Assembly (NCBI GenBank): GCA_963727525.1
Contig: CAVSGO010000007.1
Location: 864,001-928,000, forward strand
Length of the DNA: 64,000 nucleotides
Direction of reading: 5' to 3'
Source of the DNA: an uncultured bacterium
Lineage (GTDB): Bacteria; Krumholzibacteriota; Krumholzibacteriia; LZORAL124-64-63
The position numbers and the translations under genes were made by a program. The notes under the pieces were generated by a model. The model searched no databases and was not told where the DNA came from. It saw only the letters and a list, made by a program, of their open reading frames with translations. Positions within the stretch are counted from its first letter, which is position 1. Each line of letters starts with the position of its first letter. This document shows positions 22,048 to 32,143 of this stretch, piece by piece.

Positions 22048-23783
22048 TGCTACTCGAGATGCGGATCGGCAATCTCGCGCTCGCCGCAGACGTCTCGTTG
22101 CCCCTCGGACCGGGCTTCACCGTGATCACCGGCGAGACGGGAGCCGGCAAGTCGATGATCGCCGGTGCGCTCGGGCTGCTGGGTGGCGGCAAGGGTGATC
22201 GCGAACTGGTGCGCAGTGGCGAGGAGCTGGCCTACGTCGAGGGAGTCTTCGACCTGTCCGGGCAGCCGACGGTGCGCGCGGCGTCCGTCCGGCTGGGGTT
22301 GCCCATCGGCGACGACGACCTGCTCGTCATTCGGCGTGAGCTGCGACGGGAAGGCCGCAGCCGCGTCCTGATCAATGGCCTGGTCTCGTCGCTGGCGGTG
22401 CTGGAGCGGCTGGGACCGTCCCTGCTCGCCGTGCAGAGCCAGGATCAGCAGCGCGAGTTGAGTACGAGCGATTACCCGCGTGAACTTCTCGACGAGGCGC
22501 TGGCGCTGGGGGAGCGGCGCGGCCGGGTCGCGACGGCCCTGACGGCTCTGCGCGAGGCGGCCGATCGCCTGCACGCCCGCGAGCAGGAAATCGCGCTGGC
22601 CCGGGAGCAGCTCGACCTCTGGCGGTACCAGCATGACGAACTCCGCGCCGCGGCGCTGCGGGATGACGAGTTGCCGGAGCTGAGCAGCCAGATCGCGATG
22701 AAGCGACACGCCCACGCGTTGCAGGATGCCGCAGCGGTGGCGCTCGAGCATCTCGCCGAGGGGGAAGCCCCCGCGTGCACGTCCCTGGGAGCGGCTCAAG
22801 CCGCACTGACGCCGCATGCGGACAAGAGTGCGCGGCTCGCCGACGCCCTCGCGAGCCTCGCGATCGCGGCCGACCAGGCGGCCGACGCAGCCCACGCGCT
22901 GAGCCGGTTTCTCGACCAGATCGACCTCGACCCGCGCGGACTCGACGAGCTGGAATCGCGCAAGGCCCTGTACGAGGATTTGCAGCGCAAGTACCGCCAA
23001 GATGTCGCCGGGCTGGTCGCGCTGGCGGAACGCCTCGCCGAGCGCATCGGGCGCCAGGAGCGGGCCACAGCCGATGTCGACGCGCTGCAGGCCGAGGTCG
23101 CGCGTTGCCGCACGGCGCTGGCGACAGCTACGGCCGATCTGCGGTCCGCGCGGGAATCCGGGGCGGCGCGCGTGGCGAAGCAGGCGCTCGCGATCATTCG
23201 GCCGCTGGCCCTGCCAAACCTCGAGCTGGATTTCCGCGTCTCCGCGACGCGCGATCCGGGGGGCGAGGTGACGCTGGACGGTCAAGTATGCCGTGTCGAG
23301 AGCCATGGCGCCGACCGCGTGGAACTGATCGCCCGCACGAACCCGGGGGAGTCGCGCGGACCCGTCGGGTCGTTGGCCTCAGGCGGCGAGCGCAGCCGGA
23401 TCCACCTGGGCCTGACGGTGCTGCTCCAGGGCGAGGGCGATGGTCCGCCGGTGCGCCTGTTCGACGAGGTTGACGCGGGGCTCGGCATGGATGCGGCCGC
23501 GCCGGTGGCATTGCTACTACGGCAGCTCGCGCGCCGATCGCAGGTGCTGTGCATCACGCATCTGCCGACCATGGCCGTCCACGCGGACCAGCATGTCGTG
23601 GTGACCAAGCGCGTGTCCGCGGGGCGGACGTCGCTGCAGGTTCGGGTGCTCACGCCCGCCGAACGCGTGGGAGAGATCGCACGCCTGCTGGGGGGCGAGG
23701 GGTACGGGGGGGACGACCATCAGGCGCAACTTGCCTACGCCCAGGAACTTCTTGCGGCCGGCGGTGCGACGGCCGGTGCTTGA
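22047..23783 (+). CDS. recN: DNA repair protein RecN
   Basis: Walker A GETGAGKS, SGGE signature, Walker B LFDEVD, CITHLP; follows nadK. Confidence 0.96.
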   Translation: MLLEMRIGNLALAADVSLPLGPGFTVITGETGAGKSMIAGALGLLGGGKGDRELVRSGEELAYVEGVFDLSGQPTVRAASVRLGLPIGDDDLLVIRRELRREGRSRVLINGLVSSLAVLERLGPSLLAVQSQDQQRELSTSDYPRELLDEALALGERRGRVATALTALREAADRLHAREQEIALAREQLDLWRYQHDELRAAALRDDELPELSSQIAMKRHAHALQDAAAVALEHLAEGEAPACTSLGAAQAALTPHADKSARLADALASLAIAADQAADAAHALSRFLDQIDLDPRGLDELESRKALYEDLQRKYRQDVAGLVALAERLAERIGRQERATADVDALQAEVARCRTALATATADLRSARESGAARVAKQALAIIRPLALPNLELDFRVSATRDPGGEVTLDGQVCRVESHGADRVELIARTNPGESRGPVGSLASGGERSRIHLGLTVLLQGEGDGPPVRLFDEVDAGLGMDAAAPVALLLRQLARRSQVLCITHLPTMAVHADQHVVVTKRVSAGRTSLQVRVLTPAERVGEIARLLGGEGYGGDDHQAQLAYAQELLAAGGATAGA

Positions 23784-23839
23784 CAGTCCGGGCGGATCGA
23801 GTAAGTTTGGCGTCGTTCCGCTGTGATCGCTGCCATCGG

Positions 23840-23916
23840 GCGCCCGTAGCTCAGCTGGATAGAGCGCATGCCTCCGGAGCATGAGGCCACAGGTTCGAAT
23901 CCTGTCGGGCGCACCA
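23840..23916 (+). tRNA. tRNA-Arg(CCG)
   Basis: GCGCCCG...CGGGCGC-ACCA; anticodon arm CATGC-CTCCGGA-GCATG; TTGACA (23780)..TAAGTT promoter upstream. Confidence 0.96.
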
Positions 23917-23997
23917 CTCGCCGTTTGACCTTGCCTGTTCCTGCAAGCGCGACTAAGTTAGCGGGGCCCTGGAACCCGGCGTAACCGTTTACCCTGT

Positions 23998-24252
23998 ATG
24001 CACATGTTCTGGCGCCTGCTACTCTTGCTGTTCACGGTGTTCTGGTTCGTGCCGCGCGTGTTGCGCGGACTCACCGGAAAGCGTGGGGGTATGCCCCCAC
24101 GCTCGGGCAGCAAGGAGCATGGCCCGGAGAGGTCCGGCCGCCGTAGCGGCGGCCAACACGAGTCCGGCCAGAACGGGTCCGGTCATCTGGCGAACCTGAC
24201 GCGGCAGGATATCAGCGATGCCGAATTCGAGGAAATCCCGCCACCGCAGTGA
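23998..24252 (+). CDS. Small hypothetical membrane-anchored protein
   Basis: N-terminal hydrophobic helix, disordered linker, C-terminal ISDAEFEEIP; promoter-like TTGCCT-17-TAAGTT at 23931-23959. Confidence 0.65.
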   Translation: MHMFWRLLLLLFTVFWFVPRVLRGLTGKRGGMPPRSGSKEHGPERSGRRSGGQHESGQNGSGHLANLTRQDISDAEFEEIPPPQ

Positions 24253-24604
24253 CGTCTTCCGCCCTCGGTTCGAATGGGCCGGCTCGGAGGCCACTCCGGT
24301 CCGGCATTTGCAGCGTGCCAAGGAGGAGCGGATCGGAGCCGCCATCCAGCTCGTCCTGCTCGTCGGTTTCGTGGTGGCTCTCGGCCTCCTGGCCCGCTCC
24401 ATGTTTCATCTCTTCGCCACCCACGGCGCGGATCTCAATCCCACGTTCCGGTGGGTATGTCTGGCGGGTATCGGGCTGGTGATCGCGTTCACCATTCGCC
24501 GCATCTGGCTCAAGGTGAACGACCTGCGTGAGCTCTTGCAAGAAATACATGAACTCGAGGATTGCGTCCGCGACCTGCGTTTGCAATTGCGGCGGCGCGA
24601 CTGA
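24218..24604 (+). CDS. Hypothetical protein with 2 TM helices and a C-terminal coiled coil (start uncertain, probably downstream of 24252)
   Basis: Two hydrophobic segments then LRELLQEIHELEDCVRDL; fills the gap before the dehydrogenase. Confidence 0.55.
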   Translation: MPNSRKSRHRSDVFRPRFEWAGSEATPVRHLQRAKEERIGAAIQLVLLVGFVVALGLLARSMFHLFATHGADLNPTFRWVCLAGIGLVIAFTIRRIWLKVNDLRELLQEIHELEDCVRDLRLQLRRRD

Positions 24605-24624
24605 CATTCGCGAAAGGAACCAAC

Positions 24625-25920
24625 GTGGCTGACCTCAAGAAGAAGTTGACCGAGCACACCGGACACCTGGGCGTGATCGGACTCGGATACGTGGGGTTGC
24701 CGCTGGCCGTGTCCATGGCCAAGGCCGGTTTCCAGGTGACGGGATTCGAGCTGTCGGAGACGAAGGTCGCCGCCATCAATGCGGGCGAGAGCTACATCAT
24801 CGACGTCAGCAGTGCCGACGTGAAGGAACTGGTCGCCGCGGGGCGCCTGCGTGCGACCACGGACATGGCCGCGCTGGCAGCGGTCGACTCGGTGAACATC
24901 TGCGTGCCGACGCCGCTGGGCAAGACGCGCGATCCGGATATCTCCTACATCCAGGCCGCGGTCGATGCCATCGCGCCCAACATGCACGACGACATGCTCA
25001 TCATCCTCGAGAGCACCACCTATCCCGGGACCACCGAGGAGGTGATCGTGCCACGGCTCGCGGTCGATGGACGTACCGTCGGCGAGAACCTCTTCGTCGC
25101 ATTCTCGCCCGAGCGGGTCGATCCAGGTAACCCGGTGTACCGGACGGTGAATATTCCCAAGGTCGTCGGTGGCGTGACGCCGGCCTGCACGGACATGGCC
25201 GCGACGTTGTACGCGCAGTTCATGGACAGGGTCGTGCCGGTGTCCTCGGTGCGCGTGGCCGAGACCGTGAAGCTCCTCGAGAATACCTTCCGCAGCGTGA
25301 ACATCGGCCTCGTGAACGAGATGGCCCTGATGTGCAGCGCAATGGACATCGACGTGTGGGAAGTCATTGCCGGCGCGTCGACGAAACCCTTCGGCTTCAT
25401 GCCCTTCTACCCGGGGCCTGGCCTCGGTGGCCACTGCATTCCGATCGATCCCTTCTATCTGTCGTGGAAAGCCCGCCAGGCTGGCTTCGAAGCGCGGTTC
25501 ATCGAGCTGGCCGGGCAGGTCAACGGCTTCATGCCGAAGCACGTGGTGTCCCTGGTGAGCAAGGCGCTCAACGCGCGGCGCAAGCCGATCAACGGCAGCC
25601 GGATCCTCGTGATCGGCGTGGCCTACAAGTCCGGCATCGACGACGTGCGCGAATCGCCGGCCCTGGACATCATCGAGATGCTGCAGAAGGAGGGTGGCGA
25701 GGTCGCGTGGCACGACCCGTTCGTGCCCGCGCTGGTCGGTGTCGCGGCCGAGAAGGTGGCCACGATCGACGCGCAGTGCCTCGCCGCGTTCGACGTGGCC
25801 GTGATCGTGACGAATCACAAGCAGGTCGACTACGATCTGCTGCTCGCGTCGTGCCCCGCGGTGGTGGACACGCGCAACGCCCTGCAGGGCCGCACCGCCG
25901 ACCACCTGTTCCGCCTCTAG
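24625..25920 (+). CDS. Nucleotide-sugar dehydrogenase (UDP-GlcNAc/ManNAc 6-dehydrogenase, WbpA/WecC-like)
   Basis: GLGYVGLP, ICVPTP, ESTTYPGTT, SPERVDPG, GGHCIPIDP, DVRESPA; GTG start after AAGGA. Confidence 0.93.
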   Translation: MADLKKKLTEHTGHLGVIGLGYVGLPLAVSMAKAGFQVTGFELSETKVAAINAGESYIIDVSSADVKELVAAGRLRATTDMAALAAVDSVNICVPTPLGKTRDPDISYIQAAVDAIAPNMHDDMLIILESTTYPGTTEEVIVPRLAVDGRTVGENLFVAFSPERVDPGNPVYRTVNIPKVVGGVTPACTDMAATLYAQFMDRVVPVSSVRVAETVKLLENTFRSVNIGLVNEMALMCSAMDIDVWEVIAGASTKPFGFMPFYPGPGLGGHCIPIDPFYLSWKARQAGFEARFIELAGQVNGFMPKHVVSLVSKALNARRKPINGSRILVIGVAYKSGIDDVRESPALDIIEMLQKEGGEVAWHDPFVPALVGVAAEKVATIDAQCLAAFDVAVIVTNHKQVDYDLLLASCPAVVDTRNALQGRTADHLFRL

Positions 25921-25967
25921 GCTTGACCTGACGCGTCGCGGAAGCGGCGCGAGGAAGGACGACACGC

Positions 25968-26915
25968 ATGGCCAAGTACCTGGTAACCGGCGGAGCCGGC
26001 TTCATCGGCTCCCATCTCGCCGAGACCCTGGCCGGCCAGGGGCACGATGTCGTGGTGCTCGACAATCTCCTCACGGGCCACCGGGCGAACCTGGACACGT
26101 TTCGCGACGCGGTCACGTTCGTCGAGGGCAGCATCACGGATGCCGATACCCTGAGGCGCTGCTGCGAGGGGGTCGACGCCATCTTCCATCAGGCGGCGCT
26201 GGCGTCGGTGCCGCGCAGCGTCGATGATCCGCTGGCGAGCAACGAGCACAACGTGACCGGCTCGCTGAACGTGTTCTGGATCGCCCGGGAGATGGGCGTA
26301 CGCCGCGTGGTGTATGCGGCGAGCAGCTCGGCTTACGGCGATACCGAGGAGCTGCCGAAGCGCGAGACGATGCCGGCGAATCCGCTGTCGCCGTACGCGG
26401 TGACCAAATACGTCGGCGAACTCTACGGCAAGGTCTTCACCGGTATCTACGGGCTATCCACGGTGGGCTTGCGCTACTTCAACGTCTTCGGCCCGCGTCA
26501 GGACCCGAAGAGCCAGTACGCGGCGGTGATTCCGCTCTTCATCACGCGCTATCTCGCGGGACGCGCGCCGACGATCCATGGCGACGGCGGCCAGACCCGT
26601 GACTTCACCTTCATTCGCAACGTGGTGGAGGCGAACATCGCGGCGGCCGGTGCCGGCGACGAGGCCAGCGGCAAGGTGGTGAACATCGCTTGCGGCGACC
26701 GCGTCTCGGTGAAGGACCTGTGCCTGAAGATCCGCGATCTCGTGGGCAGCGACCTTGCGCCCGAGCACGAACCACCGCGCGTCGGCGACGTGCGCGATTC
26801 CCAGGCGGATATCACCCAGGCGCGCCGCCTGCTGAATTGGGAGCCGTCGGTGACCCTGGAAGACGGCCTGCAGGTCACCGTGGATTGGTACCGCAAGCAA
26901 GGGGGACAGGGATGA
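25968..26915 (+). CDS. NAD-dependent epimerase/dehydratase (WbpP/TviC-like UDP-HexNAc 4-epimerase)
   Basis: TGGAGFIGS, ASSSAYG, YAVTK, LRYFNVFGPRQDP. Confidence 0.92.
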   Translation: MAKYLVTGGAGFIGSHLAETLAGQGHDVVVLDNLLTGHRANLDTFRDAVTFVEGSITDADTLRRCCEGVDAIFHQAALASVPRSVDDPLASNEHNVTGSLNVFWIAREMGVRRVVYAASSSAYGDTEELPKRETMPANPLSPYAVTKYVGELYGKVFTGIYGLSTVGLRYFNVFGPRQDPKSQYAAVIPLFITRYLAGRAPTIHGDGGQTRDFTFIRNVVEANIAAAGAGDEASGKVVNIACGDRVSVKDLCLKIRDLVGSDLAPEHEPPRVGDVRDSQADITQARRLLNWEPSVTLEDGLQVTVDWYRKQGGQG

Positions 26916-27898
26916 GTCAGGGACGTCACCTCGCGGCGCGGTGCCTGCTCGTGGTCGCACTCATCATGGTGATGCCGGTGCCAGGCGCACGCGCCCAGAC
27001 GCCGACCGCCACCCAGAACTACCGCATCGGTGTCGGCGACGTGCTTCGGCTCAACGTGCCCGGCGACCAGCGCATCGAGCGCGATCTCACCGTGCAGCCC
27101 GACGGCACCGTGTCCGTGCCGCAGATCGGTGCGGTGGCGATCGGCGGTCTCTCGATCAAGGACGCCCAGGAACTGCTGCGGCAACGGCTGCGCCTCTACA
27201 ATCCGAACGTCGACGCCGTGAACCTCGTGGTCACGCAATACAACGCCCTGCGCGTCTTCGTGCTCGGCGCGGTGACCTCGCCGGGGGCGTACCCGTTCAC
27301 GGCGCCGCCGACGGTGTGGGAGGCCTTGCGCGCGGCGGGCGGGCCGGTCCAGGGCGCCAACCTGTCCGTGGCGCGGATCATCGCGACGCGCGACGGGGAG
27401 CCGTCGTTCCGCACGGTGAACCTTTCGGGCTATCTCAGTGGCGAGACGATGCCGAGCGTGGTGCTCGAGACCGGGGACACGCTCGTCATACCGGCCATCG
27501 CTGACGGGACGGTGGGCGTGGCCGCGAACCAGGGCGTCCAGGTCTTCGGGGGCGTGACCCAACCCACGACAGTGCCGATCGATGAGCCGCTGCCGTTGCT
27601 GTCGGTGCTCATGCTCGCCGGCGCGCCCATGAGCGATGCGGTCCTCAACAAGATCGACTGGGTACACGGCGAAGGGGAGTCGGGTCGGCGTCTCCGCGCC
27701 AAGCGGGTCGACATGACGCAATACCTGGAACACGGGCGACCCGAAGGGAATCCGCTCATCTACCCGGGCGACACCGTCTACCTGCCGCAGCGCCATCCGA
27801 ACTGGTTCGCGAACAACCTGCCGCTGATCCTGACGACGCTCTCGACGGCTGCTACAATCTACCTGGTGTACGATCGGGCCCAGAACAGCAGCAACTGA
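26912..27898 (+). CDS. Polysaccharide export protein (Wza-like, Poly_export plus SLBB domains)
   Basis: Signal peptide, YRIGVGDVL, VQPDGTVSVPQIG, VLGAVTSPG, IYPGDTVYLP, C-terminal amphipathic helix. Confidence 0.85.
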   Translation: MSQGRHLAARCLLVVALIMVMPVPGARAQTPTATQNYRIGVGDVLRLNVPGDQRIERDLTVQPDGTVSVPQIGAVAIGGLSIKDAQELLRQRLRLYNPNVDAVNLVVTQYNALRVFVLGAVTSPGAYPFTAPPTVWEALRAAGGPVQGANLSVARIIATRDGEPSFRTVNLSGYLSGETMPSVVLETGDTLVIPAIADGTVGVAANQGVQVFGGVTQPTTVPIDEPLPLLSVLMLAGAPMSDAVLNKIDWVHGEGESGRRLRAKRVDMTQYLEHGRPEGNPLIYPGDTVYLPQRHPNWFANNLPLILTTLSTAATIYLVYDRAQNSSN

Positions 27899-28862
27899 CG
27901 GTACGTTCGGCGCCCGCGGCCAGCCGGTCGCGGGCGCCGAGATATACGGCGAGCCCGATGGCGACGGCCAGCCAGAGTGTGCATACGCGCACAACCATGG
28001 TCGCCGCGACCCCCTGCTGAGAACTCATCCCGAGCTGCGCCAGTAGCCAGATCATCGTGGCCTCCGTCCCGCCCAGTCCTCCCGGCAAAAACACCAGCGA
28101 CCCGACGAGGGTGGCCGCGGCGTAGACGAAGATCACCGGCAGCACTCCGACGACGCTATCGAGGTCGCGGCACAGGAGCCAGAGGCTCAGGCTCTCGCAC
28201 GTCCAGGCGACGGTGCTCAGGGTGAGCGACACGACGACGAGACGCGTGCCGAGCAGGCGACTCAGGGCCGCCAGGGCCTCGTCGAGAGCCAGGCGATGGC
28301 GGGCGAGCTGGGGCGCCCGCGTGGCCGTCTGCAACAGGTACTGGCGCAGGCGGCGCGACCGCAGCAGCACGAGCGCCAGCGGCACGGCCAGGGCAACCGC
28401 CAGGCCGGTGCGCAGGCCGGCCACGGGGCCGGGCCAGGCGGCCCAGCCCACGGCCGCGAGCACCAGCACGCCGAGAAAATCGAAGATGCGTTCGACCAGG
28501 ACGATGGGCAGGCCGAGGGCCAGTGGAGCGCCATGTCGCTCGCGCAGCACTCCCGCCTTGAACACCTCGCCGAGCTTGCCCGGCGTGATCACCATCAGGT
28601 ACGTGGCGAAGTAGAGAGCCAGCGAGTCGCGGCGTGGCATGGCGATGCTCAGGCTGTCGAGGTAGATCTGCCAGCGGAGATAGCGTAGCCCGTAGTTTGT
28701 GAGGGACAGCACGACGATCATGATGAGCAGCATGGGGGAGATGCGCCGCAGCTGCCCGACCAGATCGCCCCACCCTGTCCAGATGACTAGGCCGAGGTAC
28801 ACGACGGCAAAGGCGGCCGTCGCCATGAAGACGCGGCTGCAGAGGTTTCGGGTGACGGTCAT
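27852..28862 (-). CDS. Lysylphosphatidylglycerol-synthase TM domain / flippase-like membrane protein (UPF0104)
   Basis: LRYLRW, TPGKLGEVFK, VERIFD, PGGLGGTE. Confidence 0.85.
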   Translation of the reverse strand: MTVTRNLCSRVFMATAAFAVVYLGLVIWTGWGDLVGQLRRISPMLLIMIVVLSLTNYGLRYLRWQIYLDSLSIAMPRRDSLALYFATYLMVITPGKLGEVFKAGVLRERHGAPLALGLPIVLVERIFDFLGVLVLAAVGWAAWPGPVAGLRTGLAVALAVPLALVLLRSRRLRQYLLQTATRAPQLARHRLALDEALAALSRLLGTRLVVVSLTLSTVAWTCESLSLWLLCRDLDSVVGVLPVIFVYAAATLVGSLVFLPGGLGGTEATMIWLLAQLGMSSQQGVAATMVVRVCTLWLAVAIGLAVYLGARDRLAAGAERTVSCCCSGPDRTPGRL

Positions 28863-29277
28863 GCGTCCTTCCTCGGCGGGCAGGATCGGGCAACTCGGGT
28901 CGCCCTGGCAACGATGAATGCGGCCGCTCCGAGCGCGATCATGGCCGCGGGAGTATAGCAGACCCGGCGGCATTTTTGCCTGATCGCACGACAGCACTTG
29001 AGCGGAGGCTCGAATTGCGTCTCATTTTCGACGAATTTATTCGATTTCATCTCTCGATACACGCTTTCTTTATGCAAGGAAGTGTACATGATGAGTATTT
29101 TGTTCATAGGATGGTGGGATAATTTTTAGCCTTGTCTTGTCGGGATTCCTATGTTAATCTAATGGCCGCAGGAGCCGGGGGGAAGTGTGATAGGGCTCTG
29201 AGTCGTTGAGCGTTACCGTCGCCGCATTGTGCCAACTGGGAAAAACAGTGGCGTCCAGGTGTAACGAGGAAGATACG

Positions 29278-30111
29278 ATGCAAAAACAGTCTTATTTCAC
29301 GAAGCGGCACACGTACGAGATGGCAGCCGGCAGCGCCGGCAACGACCGACTCTCGCTGATGGCCGCAAGTGGCGGTACCGCCCTCGCGGCGAGCAGCCAG
29401 GTCGCGACCGAGCGGACGATGTACGCGCCGGCCCTGGACATCCCGCTCGAGCCATCGGAGCCGGGACCGGCGTATTATGCGTATCGCCGCGCGCTCGACC
29501 TCGTGGCGAGCGTCGCCGGGCTCGCGTTCTTCGGGTTGCTGCTACCGTTTCTCGCCGTGCTCATCAAGCTGGATTCCCGCGGGCCGGTGTTCTACCGCCA
29601 GGATCGTATCGGCCTCAACCGCCGCCGTCAGGCCGTGGGCGGCCGCGGAGGCGATCGGCGCAAGGTCGTAAGGCCGGGGCGGCAATTCGCGATCGCCAAG
29701 CTGCGGACGATGACAGTGAACGCCGAGGCCGCCGGACCGCAGTGGGCCAAGTCGAACGATGCCCGCATCACACGCGTCGGGAAAATCCTGCGCAAGACCC
29801 GTCTCGACGAGCTGCCGCAGTTCTGGAACGTGATGCGCGGCGACATGAGCCTGATCGGTCCGCGTCCGGAGCGGCTGGTGTTCATCCGCCAGCTCGAGCA
29901 TGAGGTGCCATACTACCATGATCGCTTGCTCGTGAAGCCTGGCCTCACCGGTCTAGCGCAGGTGCGCAATGGCTACGACACGGATGTCGACAGCGTGCGC
30001 CGCAAGGTCGCGTACGACCGCGAGTACATCCGCCACAACGGCTTGAAGCAGGATCTCGCGATCCTCGCGGCGACCGTCCGCGTCGTCCTGAAGGGCGAAG
30101 GAGCCCACTAG
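29278..30111 (+). CDS. Sugar transferase (priming phosphoglycosyltransferase, Bac_transf family)
   Basis: [53 protein letters not shown]. Confidence 0.93.
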   Translation: MQKQSYFTKRHTYEMAAGSAGNDRLSLMAASGGTALAASSQVATERTMYAPALDIPLEPSEPGPAYYAYRRALDLVASVAGLAFFGLLLPFLAVLIKLDSRGPVFYRQDRIGLNRRRQAVGGRGGDRRKVVRPGRQFAIAKLRTMTVNAEAAGPQWAKSNDARITRVGKILRKTRLDELPQFWNVMRGDMSLIGPRPERLVFIRQLEHEVPYYHDRLLVKPGLTGLAQVRNGYDTDVDSVRRKVAYDREYIRHNGLKQDLAILAATVRVVLKGEGAH

Positions 30112-30206
30112 GCCCGGCTCTGTCGTTCCCGCTTGCCTCTCCCCGTCGCGACCACCATAATCCTCGGTGGTCGCGACGTTGTCTTTCCCGCATGCCGGTG
30201 GTGTCC

Positions 30207-31640
30207 ATGCAGCCCAGCCTCCTCGTCGTCGACGACCAGGAAGCCACGCGTCTCTTCCTGGCCGCTACGCTCGAATCCCGCGGCTACTCCGTCCGCCTGG
30301 CGGATACGGGGGCGGCCGCGCTCGCGGCGGTGGAGGAGTCGCTGCCCGACCTGGTGCTGCTCGATCTCATGCTGCCCGATATGAACGGGATGGAGGTACT
30401 GGCGCGCCTGCGAGAAGACGATCCCTCGGTGCGCGTGATCATTCTCACTGCGTTCGGACGCACGGATACCGCGGTCCAGGCCATGCGGCTGCAGGCGTAC
30501 GATTTCGTCACCAAGCCCATCAATCTCCGCCGCCTCATCGCGGTGATCGAGCGGGGCCTTGCCGACTACGCCGGGCGCTCGGCGCGGCGGCTGGCCCAGC
30601 CAAGCGACGACCTCTTCGCCGTACTCCCGGGAGCCGTGCCCAGCGAGGTGCCGGCCATGCTGGCGCTCTATGCGACGGTGCGCAAGCTTGCGGCCAGTGG
30701 CCGATCGACCGTCCTGATCGAGGGGGAGTCCGGTGCCGGCAAGGATATCCTCGCACAGCTCATCCATCTCAACTCGCCGCGTAGCGGGTATCCCTTCCTC
30801 GAGATCAACTGCGCCTCGCTGCCGGAATCGCTGCTGGAGAGCGAGTTGTTCGGGCACGAGAAGGGGGCATTCACCGATGCCTCGGCACAGAAGCTCGGAC
30901 TCCTGGAGCTGGCGCACGCGGGCACGCTCTTTCTCGACGAGATCGGCGAGATGGCGCTGCCGATCCAGGTGAAACTCCTGCGGGTCCTGGAGAAGCTCGT
31001 CTTTAGGCGCGTCGGCGGGATCGAGGACATCCGGGTGGATGTACGCATCGTAGCCGCGACAAACCAGAATCTCGCAAGACTCGTCCAGGCAAAGCGTTTC
31101 CGAGAGGATCTCTACTATCGGCTGAAGGTGGTGCATCTCGTGGTGCCGCCATTGCGGGCGCGCCGGGAGGACATCGTCCCGCTGGCCGAGCACTTCCTGC
31201 GGCACTACAATGACGAATTCGGCAAACGATTCACCGGCTTCACGGCTGCCGCGATGGACCGCCTGCGGGCACACGCGTGGCCGGGGAACATCCGGGAATT
31301 GCGCAACACGATCGAGCGCGCTGCGCTCCTCGAAGACGCGGACCGACTCGACGCCGGCCACCTCGGGATCGAGGAGCCGCGCCATGGTGCGGGTATCGCG
31401 TCGCTTGGCGACGCCCTGATGCGCGCGCTCCAGGAACCCCTGCCTGCGGATGGGGTTGGCCTTGACGGGTTGCTCAACGCGTTCGAAGCGGCCATGCTGG
31501 ACAGGGCCCTGCAGGCGGCCGGAAACAACAAATCGCAGGCGGCGCGGCTGCTCGGGCTGACCCGCGATCGCCTGCGCTACCGATTGGCGCACCATGCCTC
31601 GGTCCGGCGAACGCCGGACGAAGGAGACGACGAAGCGTGA
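30207..31640 (+). CDS. Sigma-54-dependent response regulator (NtrC family; alternative start 30192)
   Basis: REC domain (VVDD, LLDLMLPD), GESGAGK, ESELFGHEKGAFTDA, FLDEIGE, WPGNIREL, Fis HTH. Confidence 0.96.
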   Translation: MQPSLLVVDDQEATRLFLAATLESRGYSVRLADTGAAALAAVEESLPDLVLLDLMLPDMNGMEVLARLREDDPSVRVIILTAFGRTDTAVQAMRLQAYDFVTKPINLRRLIAVIERGLADYAGRSARRLAQPSDDLFAVLPGAVPSEVPAMLALYATVRKLAASGRSTVLIEGESGAGKDILAQLIHLNSPRSGYPFLEINCASLPESLLESELFGHEKGAFTDASAQKLGLLELAHAGTLFLDEIGEMALPIQVKLLRVLEKLVFRRVGGIEDIRVDVRIVAATNQNLARLVQAKRFREDLYYRLKVVHLVVPPLRARREDIVPLAEHFLRHYNDEFGKRFTGFTAAAMDRLRAHAWPGNIRELRNTIERAALLEDADRLDAGHLGIEEPRHGAGIASLGDALMRALQEPLPADGVGLDGLLNAFEAAMLDRALQAAGNNKSQAARLLGLTRDRLRYRLAHHASVRRTPDEGDDEA

Positions 31641-32143
31641 CAGGGATGCTGCGTTCGGCGATTGGTGTGTGCTTCGTCACGGCCCTGCTCGGCGGCTGTG
31701 GCGTTTATTCCGCCAGCAGCGGGCGTGTCGACGAGAGCCTCAAACGAGTGGCCGTGCCGTTCCTCGAGAACCGGACTTCGGAGCCGGACATCGGCGTCAG
31801 CCTGACGAACCAGATCATTTTCGCGCTCCAGGAAGACAACACGCTCAAGGTGGTCGACGAGGACGCCGCCGATACTCTCCTCGAGGGTGCGGTCACGCAG
31901 TACAACATCCGGCAGGTGTCGGCCAGCAATCAGCAGATCGTGGACGAGTACCAGGTGCAGATCGCCGTCGAGCTCACGCTCACGAAGAAGGCCACGGGGG
32001 AGAAGCTGCTCGATCGCAAGCGCTTCACGGGGACGGGCAACTATCTGCTGGGCGACGGTTCCACGTCGGAAGCAACGGCCCGGCAACTGGCCGCCAACGA
32101 GATCGTGCGCGACGTGATCGCGCAGATCGTCGAGGACTGGTGA
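31637..32143 (+). CDS. lptE: LPS assembly lipoprotein LptE
   Basis: Lipobox LGGC; VAVPFLENRTSEP; ADTLLEG; directly upstream of holA. Confidence 0.8.
   Translation: MTGMLRSAIGVCFVTALLGGCGVYSASSGRVDESLKRVAVPFLENRTSEPDIGVSLTNQIIFALQEDNTLKVVDEDAADTLLEGAVTQYNIRQVSASNQQIVDEYQVQIAVELTLTKKATGEKLLDRKRFTGTGNYLLGDGSTSEATARQLAANEIVRDVIAQIVEDW

Noticed and set aside
16780-23783. Missing xseA/xseB, tlyA and ymdB from the rny-folD-ispA-dxs-nadK-recN block
   Set aside because: Ordinary gene-order variation; the genes abut or overlap with no pseudogene remnants.
27852-27898. 47-bp convergent overlap between the Wza-like and flippase-like genes
   Set aside because: Short 3' overlaps are common in GC-rich genomes; no evidence of function.
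28859-29107. 82-aa ORF in the AT-rich spacer
   Set aside because: Atypical composition and no motif; more likely a divergent promoter region.
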